The notes: generated from the letters alone by a model not told the origin. 63,233 nucleotides of DNA from Candidatus Hydrogenedentota bacterium (GCA_045863335.1 BTVY01000044.1:1-63233); one strand, 5' to 3'; shown: positions 18,807 through 30,600, counted from the stretch's first letter. Translations and numbers: made by a program.

Positions 18807-20435
18807 ATGGCACAGAAATACCGCAGCGCGCTCTCACTTGTCCTTGGACTCCTCGCGGTGTCCGCCTTTGGGCAGGCCCCACAACCGGAATCGGTCACGG
18901 TGGCGATGCGCGACGGCACGAAGCTCGCCACCGATATCTACCGACCCGAAGGCGATGGACCCTTCCCCGTCGTGTTGGCACGAACGTACTATCCCCGGAA
19001 GATGGGCGCGGGCTTTGGGGCCGTTCTCACGGCGAAGGGCATGGTCTTCGTCATCCAAGACAATCGCGGGCGCGGCGATAGCGAAGGCGAAGACCGCGTT
19101 TTTCAAGATGACGGCTGGGGCGAGCACGAAGACGGAGAGGATACGGTCCTGTGGATTCGCGAGCAGGATTGGTGCAACGGCGAGGTCGGCACCTTCGGCA
19201 TGTCGGCTCTCGGCGTGACCCAGTACTTGCTGAGCGGTACGGGCGTCAAGCTGGACGCTCAGGCGGTTTGGGTGGGGTCCGGCGATTTCTACGGGCAAAT
19301 GTCGTATCGCGGCGGCGTTTTCCGGAAGAATATGATTGAAGGATGGACCGCCGCTAACAATTCATCGCACATCGTGCCGGTGTGGAAGTCGCATCCGACG
19401 GACGACGCGTTCTGGAAAGGGTTCGATTCCGACGCCCGCGCGGCGCAAGCCACGGCGCCTGCCCTGCACATCGGTGGATGGTGGGACATCTTCTCCCAGG
19501 GGACCATCGACGCGTTCGTGTCGCGACTGCACCACGGTGGCGAGGACGCCAAAGGGAATCAGCGCCTGGTCATGGGCGCGTGGACACACGGCGGCGCGCC
19601 GGACAATAAGGTGGGGGAATTGCCGTTGCTCGACAACAACAAGTTTGACATGAACGGCGCGTCCCTCGAGTTTCTTGGACACTGGCTACAAGGTACCGAA
19701 TCGGATCTTGTCGAGGGCCCGGCCGTCCAGTACTACACGGTCGGCGATACCTCCGACCCCGATGCACCGGGCAACGAATGGCGCACCGCGGACGACTGGC
19801 CGCCTTTCGAAACGGCCGAGACTCCGCTGTATCTCGCGGGCGACGGCCAGCTGGCTTGGGAAGAGCAGAAGGCAAAGCCGGTTACCTTCACGTATGACCC
19901 CGCGGACCCCTGTCCGACCCGGGGCGGGACGAATCTGATCTTGCCGGCGGGTTCCTTCGATCAAAGCGACCTGGCGGAACGCCCGGATGTAATCGCATTC
20001 GCGACCGAACCGCTGGAAACGCCGATCGAGATCACGGGACGGGTGAAGGTGCGCTTGTTCGTTTCAACTGACGCTCCGGACACGGATTTCACCGCGAAGC
20101 TGCTCGACATCTATCCAGATGGCCGCGCCATGCAGATGCTGGATGGCATCCAACGTGTGAAGTTCCGGAATGGTTTTGACAAAGCGGATCCTTTGGAACC
20201 CGGAAAGGTCGGCGAACTCGAAATCGATCTCTGGTCTATCAGCCTCATCGTCAACAAAGGCCACCGCATCGGCCTTCACGTGTCCAGCAGCAATTTCCCC
20301 GCCTTCGAGATCAACCCCAACACCGGCGAGGATTTTCCTTCCGAAGGCGGCGAACTGCGGAAGGCGGTCAATACGGTGTACATGGATGCCGAGCACCCCA
20401 GCGCGGTCCTGCTGCCGGTGCGGCCGGCCGAGTAA
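18807..20435 (+). CDS. CocE/NonD family hydrolase (S15-like)
   Basis: MRDGTKLATDIYRP, RTYY, QDNRGRGDSEG, GMSALG, GGWWD, GAWTH, C-terminal PepX_C-like domain. Confidence 0.9.
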   Translation: MAQKYRSALSLVLGLLAVSAFGQAPQPESVTVAMRDGTKLATDIYRPEGDGPFPVVLARTYYPRKMGAGFGAVLTAKGMVFVIQDNRGRGDSEGEDRVFQDDGWGEHEDGEDTVLWIREQDWCNGEVGTFGMSALGVTQYLLSGTGVKLDAQAVWVGSGDFYGQMSYRGGVFRKNMIEGWTAANNSSHIVPVWKSHPTDDAFWKGFDSDARAAQATAPALHIGGWWDIFSQGTIDAFVSRLHHGGEDAKGNQRLVMGAWTHGGAPDNKVGELPLLDNNKFDMNGASLEFLGHWLQGTESDLVEGPAVQYYTVGDTSDPDAPGNEWRTADDWPPFETAETPLYLAGDGQLAWEEQKAKPVTFTYDPADPCPTRGGTNLILPAGSFDQSDLAERPDVIAFATEPLETPIEITGRVKVRLFVSTDAPDTDFTAKLLDIYPDGRAMQMLDGIQRVKFRNGFDKADPLEPGKVGELEIDLWSISLIVNKGHRIGLHVSSSNFPAFEINPNTGEDFPSEGGELRKAVNTVYMDAEHPSAVLLPVRPAE

Positions 20436-20578
20436 GCCCTGATGACTCGCCTGCCCGTACTCGCTCGGTCGATGACCGCGCGAGGTCTTCGATGAGACAG
20501 TGCAGCGGATGTTGTGAAGTCACGGGCTGCGTGGAAGGGAATGCCGCGCTCGTCGAGCGCGGCACTACGATTCGGCTT

Positions 20579-21376
20579 CTACAGATGCTCCCGCGCGTAG
20601 GCGACGGCGTTCCGGAAGACCGGCAGGCCGGCGCCTTCTTCGGGGAGGTTTTCGCGGTACCAGCGGGGGTGATGCTGGCGGACAATGTTGGCTTCGGGGT
20701 GGGGCATGAGGCCGAAGATGCGGCCGGTAGCGTCGCAGATGCCCGCGATATCGTCTTGGGATCCGTTGGGATTGCCGGGGAATTCGCCGTGGGCAGGGGA
20801 GCCGTCGCGGCGGCAATAGCGCAGCGCGATGTGGCCGCCGGTTTTCAAGGCGTCCAGCACGGCAGCGTCGCGCGCGATGAACTTCCCTTCGCCGTGTCGG
20901 ATCGGCAGTTCCAGGCGCGTGACGCCGTTTAGCCACACGCATTTCGTGTTCGGGTCGGTCTTCAGCGAGACCCAGCGGTCCTCGAAGCGGCCGGAATCGT
21001 TGTGGGTGAGCGTCACGTCCTGCCGGAAATCGCCGTCGAACATGGGCAGCATTCCCATCTTGACCAGCACCTGGAATCCATTGCAGATGCCGATGACGAG
21101 TTTGCCGTCCGCGACAAATTGCCGCAGATGTTCGCCCAACGCATAGCGCAACCGGTTCGCAAGGATCTTTCCCGAGGCCACATCGTCGCCAAAGGAGAAA
21201 CCTCCCGGCACCGCGAGGATCTGATAGCGCTCGAGGCGCTTGGGATCTTCGCGCACGTCATTGAGATGAACGCGCTCCGCAGTCGCGCCCGCAATATTCA
21301 AGGCATGGGCGGTCTCGTTGTCGCAGTTGATGCCGAATCCCGTCAGGACCAGCGCATGAATGGTTTTGCTTGACAC
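20579..21376 (-). CDS. purQ: Phosphoribosylformylglycinamidine synthase glutaminase subunit
   Basis: GINC, PGGFSFGD, GICNGFQ, HGEG, MPHPE. Confidence 0.95.
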   Translation of the reverse strand: MSSKTIHALVLTGFGINCDNETAHALNIAGATAERVHLNDVREDPKRLERYQILAVPGGFSFGDDVASGKILANRLRYALGEHLRQFVADGKLVIGICNGFQVLVKMGMLPMFDGDFRQDVTLTHNDSGRFEDRWVSLKTDPNTKCVWLNGVTRLELPIRHGEGKFIARDAAVLDALKTGGHIALRYCRRDGSPAHGEFPGNPNGSQDDIAGICDATGRIFGLMPHPEANIVRQHHPRWYRENLPEEGAGLPVFRNAVAYAREHL

Positions 21377-21394
21377 CGTAGGATCACTTTCCGA

Positions 21395-24388
21395 TTACCA
21401 GCGGAGTGGCCGCTGCCATGCTTCTTTGAGATCGACCAGGGATGCCTCGTCCTCGAATCCGTCTTGACCTTTGATTCGGAAGAGCGTTTCCGGGATGACA
21501 ACACCGAGGCGCGTGTGCGGAAGACCGCTCATGGTCGATTCGAATGCGGGGGCGTGCTTCTTTGGGACCGTCACCACAAAGCGGCTCTGGGATTCGCTGA
21601 ACAACGCAACCACGTTGCTTTCGAGTCCCAGGGGCTTGAGATCGAGCTGCATGCCGAAGCCGCCTGCGAAGGCCGATTCGGCCAAGGCCACACCCAAACC
21701 GCCGTCGGAACAGTCGTGGCAGGAGGCCACGAAACCTTCTACGATGGCGGAAGAGAGCGCCGCGTAGAGTTTCCGCGCCGCCTTGGGATCGACAGTGGGC
21801 ACGTTCGTGCCAAGTTGGCCGCGCAAGGCAAGATACTCGCTGCCGCCCAACTCGTTTTTGGTCTCGCCCACCACGTACACGAGATCGCCGGGCGTCTTGA
21901 CGTCCATGGAGATGACCTTGTTGACGTCCTTCAAGACGGCAGCGGCCGTGAAGAGAACCGTCGGCGGGATCGAGATCTTGGTGTCGCCGATCTTGTAGTC
22001 GTTCTTCATGCTGTCTTTGCCGCTGATCAAAGGGATGTCATAGGCGGTACACACGTCGTAAAGGGCCTGGCAACAGCGCACCAACTGCGCGAGTTTATAT
22101 TCGCCGTCAGGTGTCTTTTCGCTCTGCACGGGGTCGGGCCAACAGAAGTTGTCGAGTCCCGCGATGGTGCCCAGCTCCGCGCCAACGGCGATCAGATTGC
22201 GTACAGCCTCGTCGATGGCACAGGCCATCATGGCGTAGGTGTCGATGTCGCTGTACTTGGGCACGATGCCGCAGGCCACTGCGATGCCGCGGTTGGATTC
22301 CGGAACGGGCCGAATGACGCCCGCATCGCCAGGTCCGTCGTGACCGATGCCCTGGAACTGTTTCAATACGCTCTGCGCCAGCACTTCGTGGTCGTACATG
22401 CGCACGAAGGTTTCTTTGCTGCACACGTTGAGCGAGCCGAGCACCGCTTTGAGATCGGAGATGAGATCGCTGTCCTTAACGACCACCTCCGGCTTCAACG
22501 CGGGCGGATTCCAGACCGCCTTCAACTGCATCTTGGGCACGCCATTGTGGAGGAAGTCCATGTCGAGCGCGCCGATGAGCTTGCCTTCGTAGTGGCACTC
22601 GAGGCGTCCCGTCGCCGTGAACGTGCCCACGACTGTGGCCTCGACCTCGCGCCGACGCGCGAGATCCATGAAGGATTCGACCTTCTCCGGCGGCACCGAA
22701 AGCGTCATGCGCTCCTGCGCTTCGGACAGGAAGATCTCCCAGGGTGCCAGGCCGGGGTACTTGAGCGGAGCCAAATCCAGATGAACCTCCGCGCCGCCCG
22801 GTTCCTTTGCCATTTCGCCGATGCTGGACGACAAACCGCCCGCGCCGTTGTCGGTGATGCAATTGAACAGTCCGAGGTCCCGCGCCTCCATGAGGAAGTC
22901 TGCCATCTTCTTCTGCGTAATGGCGTCGCCGATCTGCACCGCCGTGGCGGGCGAACCTTCGTGCAGTTCCTCCGACGAGAACGTCGCGCCGTGAATGCCG
23001 TCTTTCCCGATGCGGCCGCCGCACATGACGATGCGGTCGCCGGGTCGCGCGGCTTTTTCGTGACTGGGTCTGCCGGCCACCTCGGCAGGAATGATGCCGC
23101 CCGTGCCGCAAAACACGAGGGGTTTGCCAAGGAATCGCTCGTGAAAGACAATGGCGCCGTTGATGTCGGGGATGCCGCTTTGGTTGCCGCCGTCCTTGAC
23201 GCCTTGGTGCACGCCCCGCAGGACGCGCCGCGGATGCATCAGCCGCGGCGGTATCTCGCCGTCGTGATAAGGCGAAGCGAAGCAGAATACGTCGGTATTA
23301 AAGATACAACGGCACCCAAGGCCCGCGCCGAGCACGTCGCGATTGACGCCGACGATGCCCGTAATCGCGCCGCCGTACGGATCGAGCGCGGACGGGCTGT
23401 TGTGGGTTTCCGCTTTCAGGGCAAAGTTCCAGTTCTCGTCGAATTTGATGATACCGGCGTTGTCGTGAAACACACTGACCAGCCAATCGACGCGCTTGGC
23501 CACATCGTCGGTGGTCGCTTTCACGTATGTCTTAAACAGACTGTCGATCGTCTTGACCGATCCGTCGCTGTCGACAAACTCAATGGCGGCATTGAAGATC
23601 TTGTGTTTGCAGTGTTCGGACCACGTCTGCGCCAGGATTTCCAGTTCGATGTCGGTGGGCCGCTCCGGCAGACCCTGCGCCTCTCGCGCCTTCCGCACCT
23701 CCGGATTCGCGTAATAGGCCTGAATCGCCTTCAACTCCGGCAGATCGAGCGCGAGCATGCGGTCGCGGCTCAACGCGAGCAATTGATCGTCGGCGAGATC
23801 GAGATGGACGGTCGCGACTTCCACCGAGCTTCGGTCTGTAACGATCGGGAGACCGAGAAGCGATTGGCCGGAAAGCCCAGCGAGTTCGTCCTTCGACTTT
23901 ACGACCCAGCGTTGAATGAGTTCGTTGGCAAGTAGATCGCGCGCCATGCGCTCGCACGTTTCCCGGGAAACGTCTCCGGAGACGGCGTACAGTGTGGATT
24001 TGTAGACCGCTTCTCCCGGTTCCAGCGCCCGGCCCAGGGTATCTGCGATGCCTTCCGCGGAACTCTTGCCCACGTTGTCCGTCACGCCGGGCCGGAATCC
24101 AACCTCGATGACAAAATCGCATTCATTCACGAGAGAACCGTTCAAGACCGATTCCTGGATTACGGGATCGGTGAATAGCTCAGTTCGAACCTTGTCGAGT
24201 TCGTGCTCGGCGAGGCCGGCGTGAATCGTGTAAACGTCAATTACGCGGACGCGATCCACGTGGATATCCAAATCCTCGGCCAATTGCGAGCGCACGGCAG
24301 CGCCCGCGGGATCGGCGAGGTCTTTCCGCATGCCGACTTCGATGCGGTGGGATGTCTCCAATGCGGGAGTGCTACTCGCCAGCGGCAT
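21395..24388 (-). CDS. purL: Phosphoribosylformylglycinamidine synthase PurL with N-terminal PurS-like domains
   Basis: QTWSEHCKHK, ETHNSPS, DGIHGATFSS, DNGAGG, SEAQERM, SGKDS; start ATG 24388. Confidence 0.95.
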   Translation of the reverse strand: MPLASSTPALETSHRIEVGMRKDLADPAGAAVRSQLAEDLDIHVDRVRVIDVYTIHAGLAEHELDKVRTELFTDPVIQESVLNGSLVNECDFVIEVGFRPGVTDNVGKSSAEGIADTLGRALEPGEAVYKSTLYAVSGDVSRETCERMARDLLANELIQRWVVKSKDELAGLSGQSLLGLPIVTDRSSVEVATVHLDLADDQLLALSRDRMLALDLPELKAIQAYYANPEVRKAREAQGLPERPTDIELEILAQTWSEHCKHKIFNAAIEFVDSDGSVKTIDSLFKTYVKATTDDVAKRVDWLVSVFHDNAGIIKFDENWNFALKAETHNSPSALDPYGGAITGIVGVNRDVLGAGLGCRCIFNTDVFCFASPYHDGEIPPRLMHPRRVLRGVHQGVKDGGNQSGIPDINGAIVFHERFLGKPLVFCGTGGIIPAEVAGRPSHEKAARPGDRIVMCGGRIGKDGIHGATFSSEELHEGSPATAVQIGDAITQKKMADFLMEARDLGLFNCITDNGAGGLSSSIGEMAKEPGGAEVHLDLAPLKYPGLAPWEIFLSEAQERMTLSVPPEKVESFMDLARRREVEATVVGTFTATGRLECHYEGKLIGALDMDFLHNGVPKMQLKAVWNPPALKPEVVVKDSDLISDLKAVLGSLNVCSKETFVRMYDHEVLAQSVLKQFQGIGHDGPGDAGVIRPVPESNRGIAVACGIVPKYSDIDTYAMMACAIDEAVRNLIAVGAELGTIAGLDNFCWPDPVQSEKTPDGEYKLAQLVRCCQALYDVCTAYDIPLISGKDSMKNDYKIGDTKISIPPTVLFTAAAVLKDVNKVISMDVKTPGDLVYVVGETKNELGGSEYLALRGQLGTNVPTVDPKAARKLYAALSSAIVEGFVASCHDCSDGGLGVALAESAFAGGFGMQLDLKPLGLESNVVALFSESQSRFVVTVPKKHAPAFESTMSGLPHTRLGVVIPETLFRIKGQDGFEDEASLVDLKEAWQRPLRW

Positions 24389-25442
24389 AGCGCACGCTCC
24401 CCGTGTAATGCACGCCCGTCTTGCCTTCGACCACGCGCCCGATGACGGTCCCATCGCTGCCGGCCTGGCTGAGCGCGCGGAGTGCCTTTTCTTCGTCCTC
24501 TTTGCCGACCACAATCAGGTAGCCCATGCCCATGTTGAAGGTGCGTAGCATCTCACGTTCTTCGACGCCGCCCTGCTCCTGAAGAAAACGAAACACGGGA
24601 AGCGCCTCCCAGGTATCAAGATTGATCTCCGCGCCCAAGTTCTTGGGTAGCGCTCGTGGCAAGTTGTCGGTAATCCCGCCGCCGGTGATATGAGCCATGC
24701 CTTTCACGTCGACGATCTTCATGAGAATACGAACCAGCGTCGCGTAACTCTTGTGGGGTTCCAGCAAGGCTTCGCCCACCGTACGGCCCACGCCCGGCAT
24801 GGCGTCGTCGCAGGTAAGCCCCGCGACTTCGAAGCAAATCTTGCGGGCCAAACTGTATCCGTTCGTGTGGAGCCCGGTGGACTTCAGTCCGATGATGACG
24901 TCGCCGGGGATGATCCGCGTGCCGTCGATAATCTTCTTGCGATCGACGATCCCGACAATCGTCCCCGAGATGTCGTATTCGCCCGCGTAGTACATCCCCG
25001 GCATCTCGGCCGTTTCGCCGCCGATGAGCGCGCAACCCGCGTAGCGGCACCCCGCCGTCAACCCGCGAATGACCGCGACGACGACGTCGGGTTCGAGGGC
25101 GCCGAAGGCAAGGTAGTCGAGGAAGAAAAGTGGGCGGGCGCCCTGAACGAGAATATCGTTGACGCAATGGGACACCAGGTCGATGCCGATGGTGTCATGC
25201 TTGCCGGTCATGAACGCGATCTTCAGCTTGGTGCCGACGCCGTCGACGCTGGATACCATTACTGGATCTTCCAGGCCTTTCAGGTCGAGGCTGTACATGG
25301 CCCCAAAGGTCCCGATGTCACAAAGGACCCGGTCGTCGAAGGTCTTATTAACGAGGTCCTTGATTTGCCGCACGGCTTCGTCCGCGGCATCAATATTGAC
25401 GCCGGCGTCCCGATAGCTGAGGCCCTTCTTTTCGGTAGTCAT
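24372..25442 (-). CDS. purM: Phosphoribosylformylglycinamidine cyclo-ligase (AIR synthetase)
   Basis: SYRDAGV, DGVGTK, PLFFLDY, GGETAEMP, HTNGYSL, AHITGGG, TFNMG. Confidence 0.97.
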   Translation of the reverse strand: MTTEKKGLSYRDAGVNIDAADEAVRQIKDLVNKTFDDRVLCDIGTFGAMYSLDLKGLEDPVMVSSVDGVGTKLKIAFMTGKHDTIGIDLVSHCVNDILVQGARPLFFLDYLAFGALEPDVVVAVIRGLTAGCRYAGCALIGGETAEMPGMYYAGEYDISGTIVGIVDRKKIIDGTRIIPGDVIIGLKSTGLHTNGYSLARKICFEVAGLTCDDAMPGVGRTVGEALLEPHKSYATLVRILMKIVDVKGMAHITGGGITDNLPRALPKNLGAEINLDTWEALPVFRFLQEQGGVEEREMLRTFNMGMGYLIVVGKEDEEKALRALSQAGSDGTVIGRVVEGKTGVHYTGSVRYAAGE

Positions 25443-25551
25443 GGCACACTCCACAAACGCAGGTTGGATACGCCCCCACGATACGGCATGCCGTAGGCAT
25501 TAGACAAATGAAATGTTATGATAAGATTGATTCAAAAAATGAATGGAGCTG

Positions 25552-26412
25552 ATGATGACACTGGAAGCATTGCGGCAGTTTCGGGCTTTGGTCGAATCCG
25601 GAAGTTTCCGGGTGGCGGCGGAACGGGTGAATCGCTCGCAACCCGCTGTGAGCCATCAGCTTAAGGCTTTGGAGCGCGAGCTGGGACACCCGCTGCTGGA
25701 CCGCCGGACCTGCCAACCTACGCCTGCGGGTAAACGATTATACGAGCGAGCCTGCGCCCTGCTGGGCGACATGGAGTCGCTTCAGCGGGAAATGAGCGAG
25801 TTTGACGAGACCCGCGTGCGCGAACTTCGTTTGGGCACCAGCGACACGACGGCCCTGTATGTCCTGCCTCCCGTGATCCGGCGCTTTGCTGAAGCGATGC
25901 CGTATACCCGGCTGACCATCGTGAACCGGTCCACGTCGGCAATCGCCGACCAAGTGGCCCGCGCCGAGCTGGATTTGGGAATTGTCACGCTACCCACCGG
26001 CAAGGCGAACCTGGAAGAGCGCGAACTGTTCCGGCAGCAACTCGTGCTCGTATTGCCGCCGGGGCACGCGCTTCGACGGCGCCGCCGGGTCGAATTGGCT
26101 GATCTGCGCGATGAGCAATTCTTGTTGCTGGACGCCCAAACCCGCACTGGGACGCTCCTGCGGGACCACTTCCGGGCAACAGGATTCGAACCCCAAGTCG
26201 TTCTGGACACCGGAAGTTTTGAGGTTATCAAGCGATACGTTGCGGAGGGCGTGGGCGTCTCCTTCCTGCCAAAAACCGTAATCACACCTCAGGACCAGGC
26301 TCTGGATACCGTCGCCGTGCCGGGCCTTCCCGAAGTGTCGATCGGGGTAATCCGTAGAAAGGGCGTGTACCGGACCGTTGCCGAAGAAGCGTTCCTAAAG
26401 TGCCTGGCGTGA
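25552..26412 (+). CDS. LysR-family transcriptional regulator
   Basis: GSFRVAAERVNRSQPAVSHQLKALERELG HTH plus LysR substrate-binding domain; start 25543-25555. Confidence 0.93.
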   Translation: MMTLEALRQFRALVESGSFRVAAERVNRSQPAVSHQLKALERELGHPLLDRRTCQPTPAGKRLYERACALLGDMESLQREMSEFDETRVRELRLGTSDTTALYVLPPVIRRFAEAMPYTRLTIVNRSTSAIADQVARAELDLGIVTLPTGKANLEERELFRQQLVLVLPPGHALRRRRRVELADLRDEQFLLLDAQTRTGTLLRDHFRATGFEPQVVLDTGSFEVIKRYVAEGVGVSFLPKTVITPQDQALDTVAVPGLPEVSIGVIRRKGVYRTVAEEAFLKCLA

Positions 26413-26568
26413 AGTGCCAGGAATCCGCCGTGGCGAAATGGTGTTCCCCTTCATCGGGCGCACGGACGCCGCTGTGAACCGGCAATTCTCATCTGTTACC
26501 ATGCGCCCGCATATTTGGCCCGTTTTTAGCTGCGGGACGAGCTGTTTCCCAGAAGCCGATGGAGTACG

Positions 26569-27621
26569 TTGTACCGTATGAGAGCAATCGCGGGGTTTTG
26601 GTTTTTTTATGTAGTGCTATGTCTGAGCGTGGTGGCGCAGGGTCCCCCCCCGGCCAAAGTCACCGTTGCTGACGTGGAGGAGGGACTGCTGACACCGACC
26701 GCGGTCCACAAGGGCACGGTGTTTTTCAAGGAAGTCTCCAATCTGGCGACCGAAGTCGACGGCATCGTGGAGGAAGTCCGTTTCGAGGAAGGGCAGCACA
26801 TCGATGCCGGCAAGCCCCTGGTGCAACTGGACCACGTATTGCTCGATGCGGAGCTGGATGCCGCCAAGGCGCTCGTGCAGCAATACGGCGCGCAACTGGA
26901 TCAGGAAGAGGCTCGCCTGGAACGCGCCAAGACCCTGCTCGCGGATGAAGTCACCACGCCACAGGAGTATGACGACATCCGGTTTACCGTCGAATCCATT
27001 GCCCATCGCGTGGACGCCGCGAAAGCGGAAGTGGCGCGGCTCGAGCGCACGATAGCGAAGAAGACGATTCACGCCCCGTTCAACGGCGTGATCGTCGACC
27101 GCATGGCGGAACTGGGCGAGTGGAAACGTGAAGGTGACGCTATTGCCGTCTTTGCCCGCGATGATTTATTCGACGTAATCGTCAACGCGCCGGAAGAAGA
27201 TCTTCAGTGGGTTCGCGACGGTATGACCGTGGACATGAACGTGGCAGGCCGGTCCTTGACGGGCACGGTCGCAAGCATAATCCCCCGCGGCGACAGCACA
27301 ATGCGCACGTTTCCGATCAAGATCCGCGTGACGGACGTGGAAGGGCTCCTGGAGTTCATGTCGGCGGACGTGCGGCTTCCGAGTGGGGAAGAAACTACGT
27401 GCACCATGGTGCCCCGCGACGCGGTGATCCTGAACGGGAACGAGTACGTTTTGTTTGTGGTCCAGGATAATGCTGCCATGCGGATGTCCGTAAAGATCCT
27501 CGGATACACCGGGTCGCAAGTTGGCGTTGCCGCCGAAGGTCTTACTCCGGGAATGCAGGTCGTTACCAAAGGCAACGAGCGGCTTCGCGACAGTCAACCC
27601 GTAACGATCATTCAGCCGTAA
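26569..27621 (+). CDS. RND efflux periplasmic adaptor (MFP)
   Basis: EVDGIVEEVRFEEGQ lipoyl half, helical hairpin, IHAPFNG, VPRDAV. Confidence 0.92.
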   Translation: MYRMRAIAGFWFFYVVLCLSVVAQGPPPAKVTVADVEEGLLTPTAVHKGTVFFKEVSNLATEVDGIVEEVRFEEGQHIDAGKPLVQLDHVLLDAELDAAKALVQQYGAQLDQEEARLERAKTLLADEVTTPQEYDDIRFTVESIAHRVDAAKAEVARLERTIAKKTIHAPFNGVIVDRMAELGEWKREGDAIAVFARDDLFDVIVNAPEEDLQWVRDGMTVDMNVAGRSLTGTVASIIPRGDSTMRTFPIKIRVTDVEGLLEFMSADVRLPSGEETTCTMVPRDAVILNGNEYVLFVVQDNAAMRMSVKILGYTGSQVGVAAEGLTPGMQVVTKGNERLRDSQPVTIIQP

Positions 27622-27643
27622 GCTACCGTGAGTTTTTGAATCC

Positions 27644-30600
27644 ATGGATATCATTCGATTCTCCATCCGAAATCCAGTGACCGTTCTGGTGGGCGTCATT
27701 CTTATCGCCCTCTTCGGGCTGATATCGCTGCAGTCCATCCCAATACAACTGAGTCCCAATGTGGAGCGCCCGGTGATCACCGTATCGACGGTGTGGCCGG
27801 GTTCAACTCCGTACGAGATCGAACGCGACGTCGTAGAGGAGCAGGAGAAGGTCCTCAAGGGCATCCCCAATCTGTACGAAATGGAGAGCGAATCGTCGAA
27901 CGGCCGCAGCGAAGTGACGTTGCGCTTCGACATCGGGACCGATATCGACAACGCCCTGCTCCGCGTTTCCAATAAGCTCGCGGAGGTGCCTGAGTATCCC
28001 GAGAACGTGGACAAGCCCATCTTGAACGCCTCCGGCGCGCAGACTTCGCCCGTCATGTGGATCGTGTTGAAAACCCGGGAAGACAATCCTCGCGATCCCT
28101 ATTCGTACCGCACGTATCTCGAGAACGACGTGCGCCAGTATCTGGAGCGCGTGGATGGCGTGGCGGACCTCTTCATCGGCGGCGGCATCGAGTCCGAAAT
28201 GCATGTCAAGGTGGATCCCCGGAAGCTCGCGGCCCACGGTTTGACTATTGACGCGGTGGTCAACGCCCTGCGCAACGAGAACGCCAATATCTCCGCCGGT
28301 AACCTCGAAGTGGGCCGGCGCGACTACCGCGTGCGCACGGTGGCGGAGTACCGTTCCACCGAGGACATCGAGAATGTGATCGTGTTGTCGGACGGGCAGC
28401 GCGACGTGCGCGTGGGCGACCTGGCCACCGTCGAGTTCGGGTTTCAGAAGCTCGAAACGCCTATGATCAGCAATGGCAGGAAGGGGATCTCCATTGGCGT
28501 GCGGCCCGAACCCAACGCCAATGTGCTCGAATTGACCGACGCCATCGAGGTGGTCATCAATCAACTGAATGAGGGGAAGCTGAAAAACGAGAACGTCTAC
28601 CTCGACCTCGTCAACGAGCAGCGGCCGTACATCCGCGGTGCGATAGATCTTCTCAAACAGAATATTGCCATCGGCGGCGTGCTCGCGGTGATTGTGCTGC
28701 TCATCTTCCTGCGCAGCATCACGCCGACGATCGTCGTGTCCACGTCCATTCCCATCAGCATCATCGGCACCTTCATCCTCATGCGCGCCGCGGGCAGTAC
28801 TTTAAATGTTGTGAGCCTTGCGGGCATTGCTTTCGCCGTCGGCATGCTCGTGGACAACGCCATCGTGGTGCTTGAGAACATCGACCGCCACCGCAGGATG
28901 GGCAAGAACCCCGGGGATGCCGCGTACGACGGCGCGCGGGAGGTCTGGGGCGCCGTGCTGGCGTCGTCGCTGACAACTGTTGCGGTTTTTTTGCCCGTGG
29001 TATTTCTGGAAGACGAAGCGGGGCAGTTGTTCAAAGACATCGCCATCGCCGTGTCGTGCGCGGTGACCTTGAGCTTGATCGTCTCCGTAACGGTTATCCC
29101 GATGTTTTCCAAGAAGCTCTACGCGCTCAACATCGGCAAGGGCAACGAGGGCGCAACCAAAGCAGCGCGAAGGATCTTGCGCCGTATTGGCGCTGCATCG
29201 AGCGCGGCATTCATGGGCACGCTGGGCCTGATCATGCGAAACGTGGTGACCCGTCTCGCGACCATCGTGATTCTATCCCTGGGCGCCGTGATTGCCGCCT
29301 ACTACATGACGCCCAAGATGGAGTATCTGCCCCAAGGCAACCGCGACTTGATCATCAATGTCTTAATCCCCCCGCCGGGGCTTTCTTTCGAAGAGCGGCA
29401 GAAAATCGGCGAAGATCTGTTTGCCTTCTTCGAACCGTACTACGAGCCGGGCTATGAAGGGTATCCCGGCATACGCAATGGATTCTACGTCGGCCGCCAG
29501 CAGGCGTTGATTCTCGGAATCGTCAGCGCGAACCAGGCGCGGACCAAAGAACTCATTCCGCTGTGCCAGAGGGCGCTCGCGGACATTCCGGGCGTATTCG
29601 CCATCACGAATCAGGCGAGCATCTTCCAGACCGGCTTGGGTGAAGGGCGCACGATCACGGTCGACATCAGCGGAGGCAGCATTGAAGAACTGGTCGGCGT
29701 GGGCGGGGCCATGTTCGGCATGATCCGCGAGAGCATACCCGAGGTGCAGGTGCGCCCCGTGCCGTCATTGGACTTGCTGTTTCCGGAAGCGAATTTCATC
29801 CCCGACCGCGAACGGCTGCGCACGGTCGGTATGAATGCGCGGCAGTTCGGCGTGGGGATCGACGTGCTCATGGATGGCCGGGACATCGGCGACTTCAAGC
29901 AAGAAGGCGAGAAGAAGATCGACCTTATCGTGAAGACTGCCGAGTCAGAGATACAAACGCCTGAAGAACTCTATAGCGCGCTCATGGCGACGCCGACCGG
30001 AGAGTCCGTGCCGGTGTCGTCTCTCGCGACGATGGAGAAGACGACGGGTCTCACGCAGATACGCCATCTCGAACGGAACCGGACAGTCTCGCTTCAGGTG
30101 ACGCCGCCATACTCGATCACCATTCAAGAGGCCATGGAAATTATCGATACCGAGATCGTACCCGCGCTGCGGGAGAAGGGCCTTTTGGACAATGTAGACA
30201 TCGGCATGAGCGGGACCGCCGACCGGCTCACCGAAACGCGGAGGGCTCTGCAGATGAATTTCGTCCTAGCCGCGGCCATCATTTACTTGCTTATGTCGGC
30301 CTTGTTCGGGAACTTCGTTTACCCCTTCGTTATCATGTTCACAATCCCGCTGGCCAGCGCGGGGGGGCTGATCGGACTGAAACTCGTCAATACCTTCGTC
30401 GCGCCGCAACAGCTCGATATCCTCACGATGCTGGGATTCGTTATCCTCATCGGCGTCGTTGTGAACAACGCCATCCTCATCGTGTACCAGTCTCTCAACA
30501 ATGTTCGCGTGGACGGGATGGACTACAAAGAGGCGATCATGGACGCGACCAAGACGCGCCTCCGGCCCATCTACATGAGCGCGTCTACGTCTGTGTTCGG

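Noticed and set aside
21464-23935. Long antisense ORFs (823 aa here; also 45138-46979, 54854-56629, 1799-3112, 10023-11171)
   Set aside because: Shadows of real genes on the opposite strand, expected with high GC3 codon bias; no recognisable motifs.
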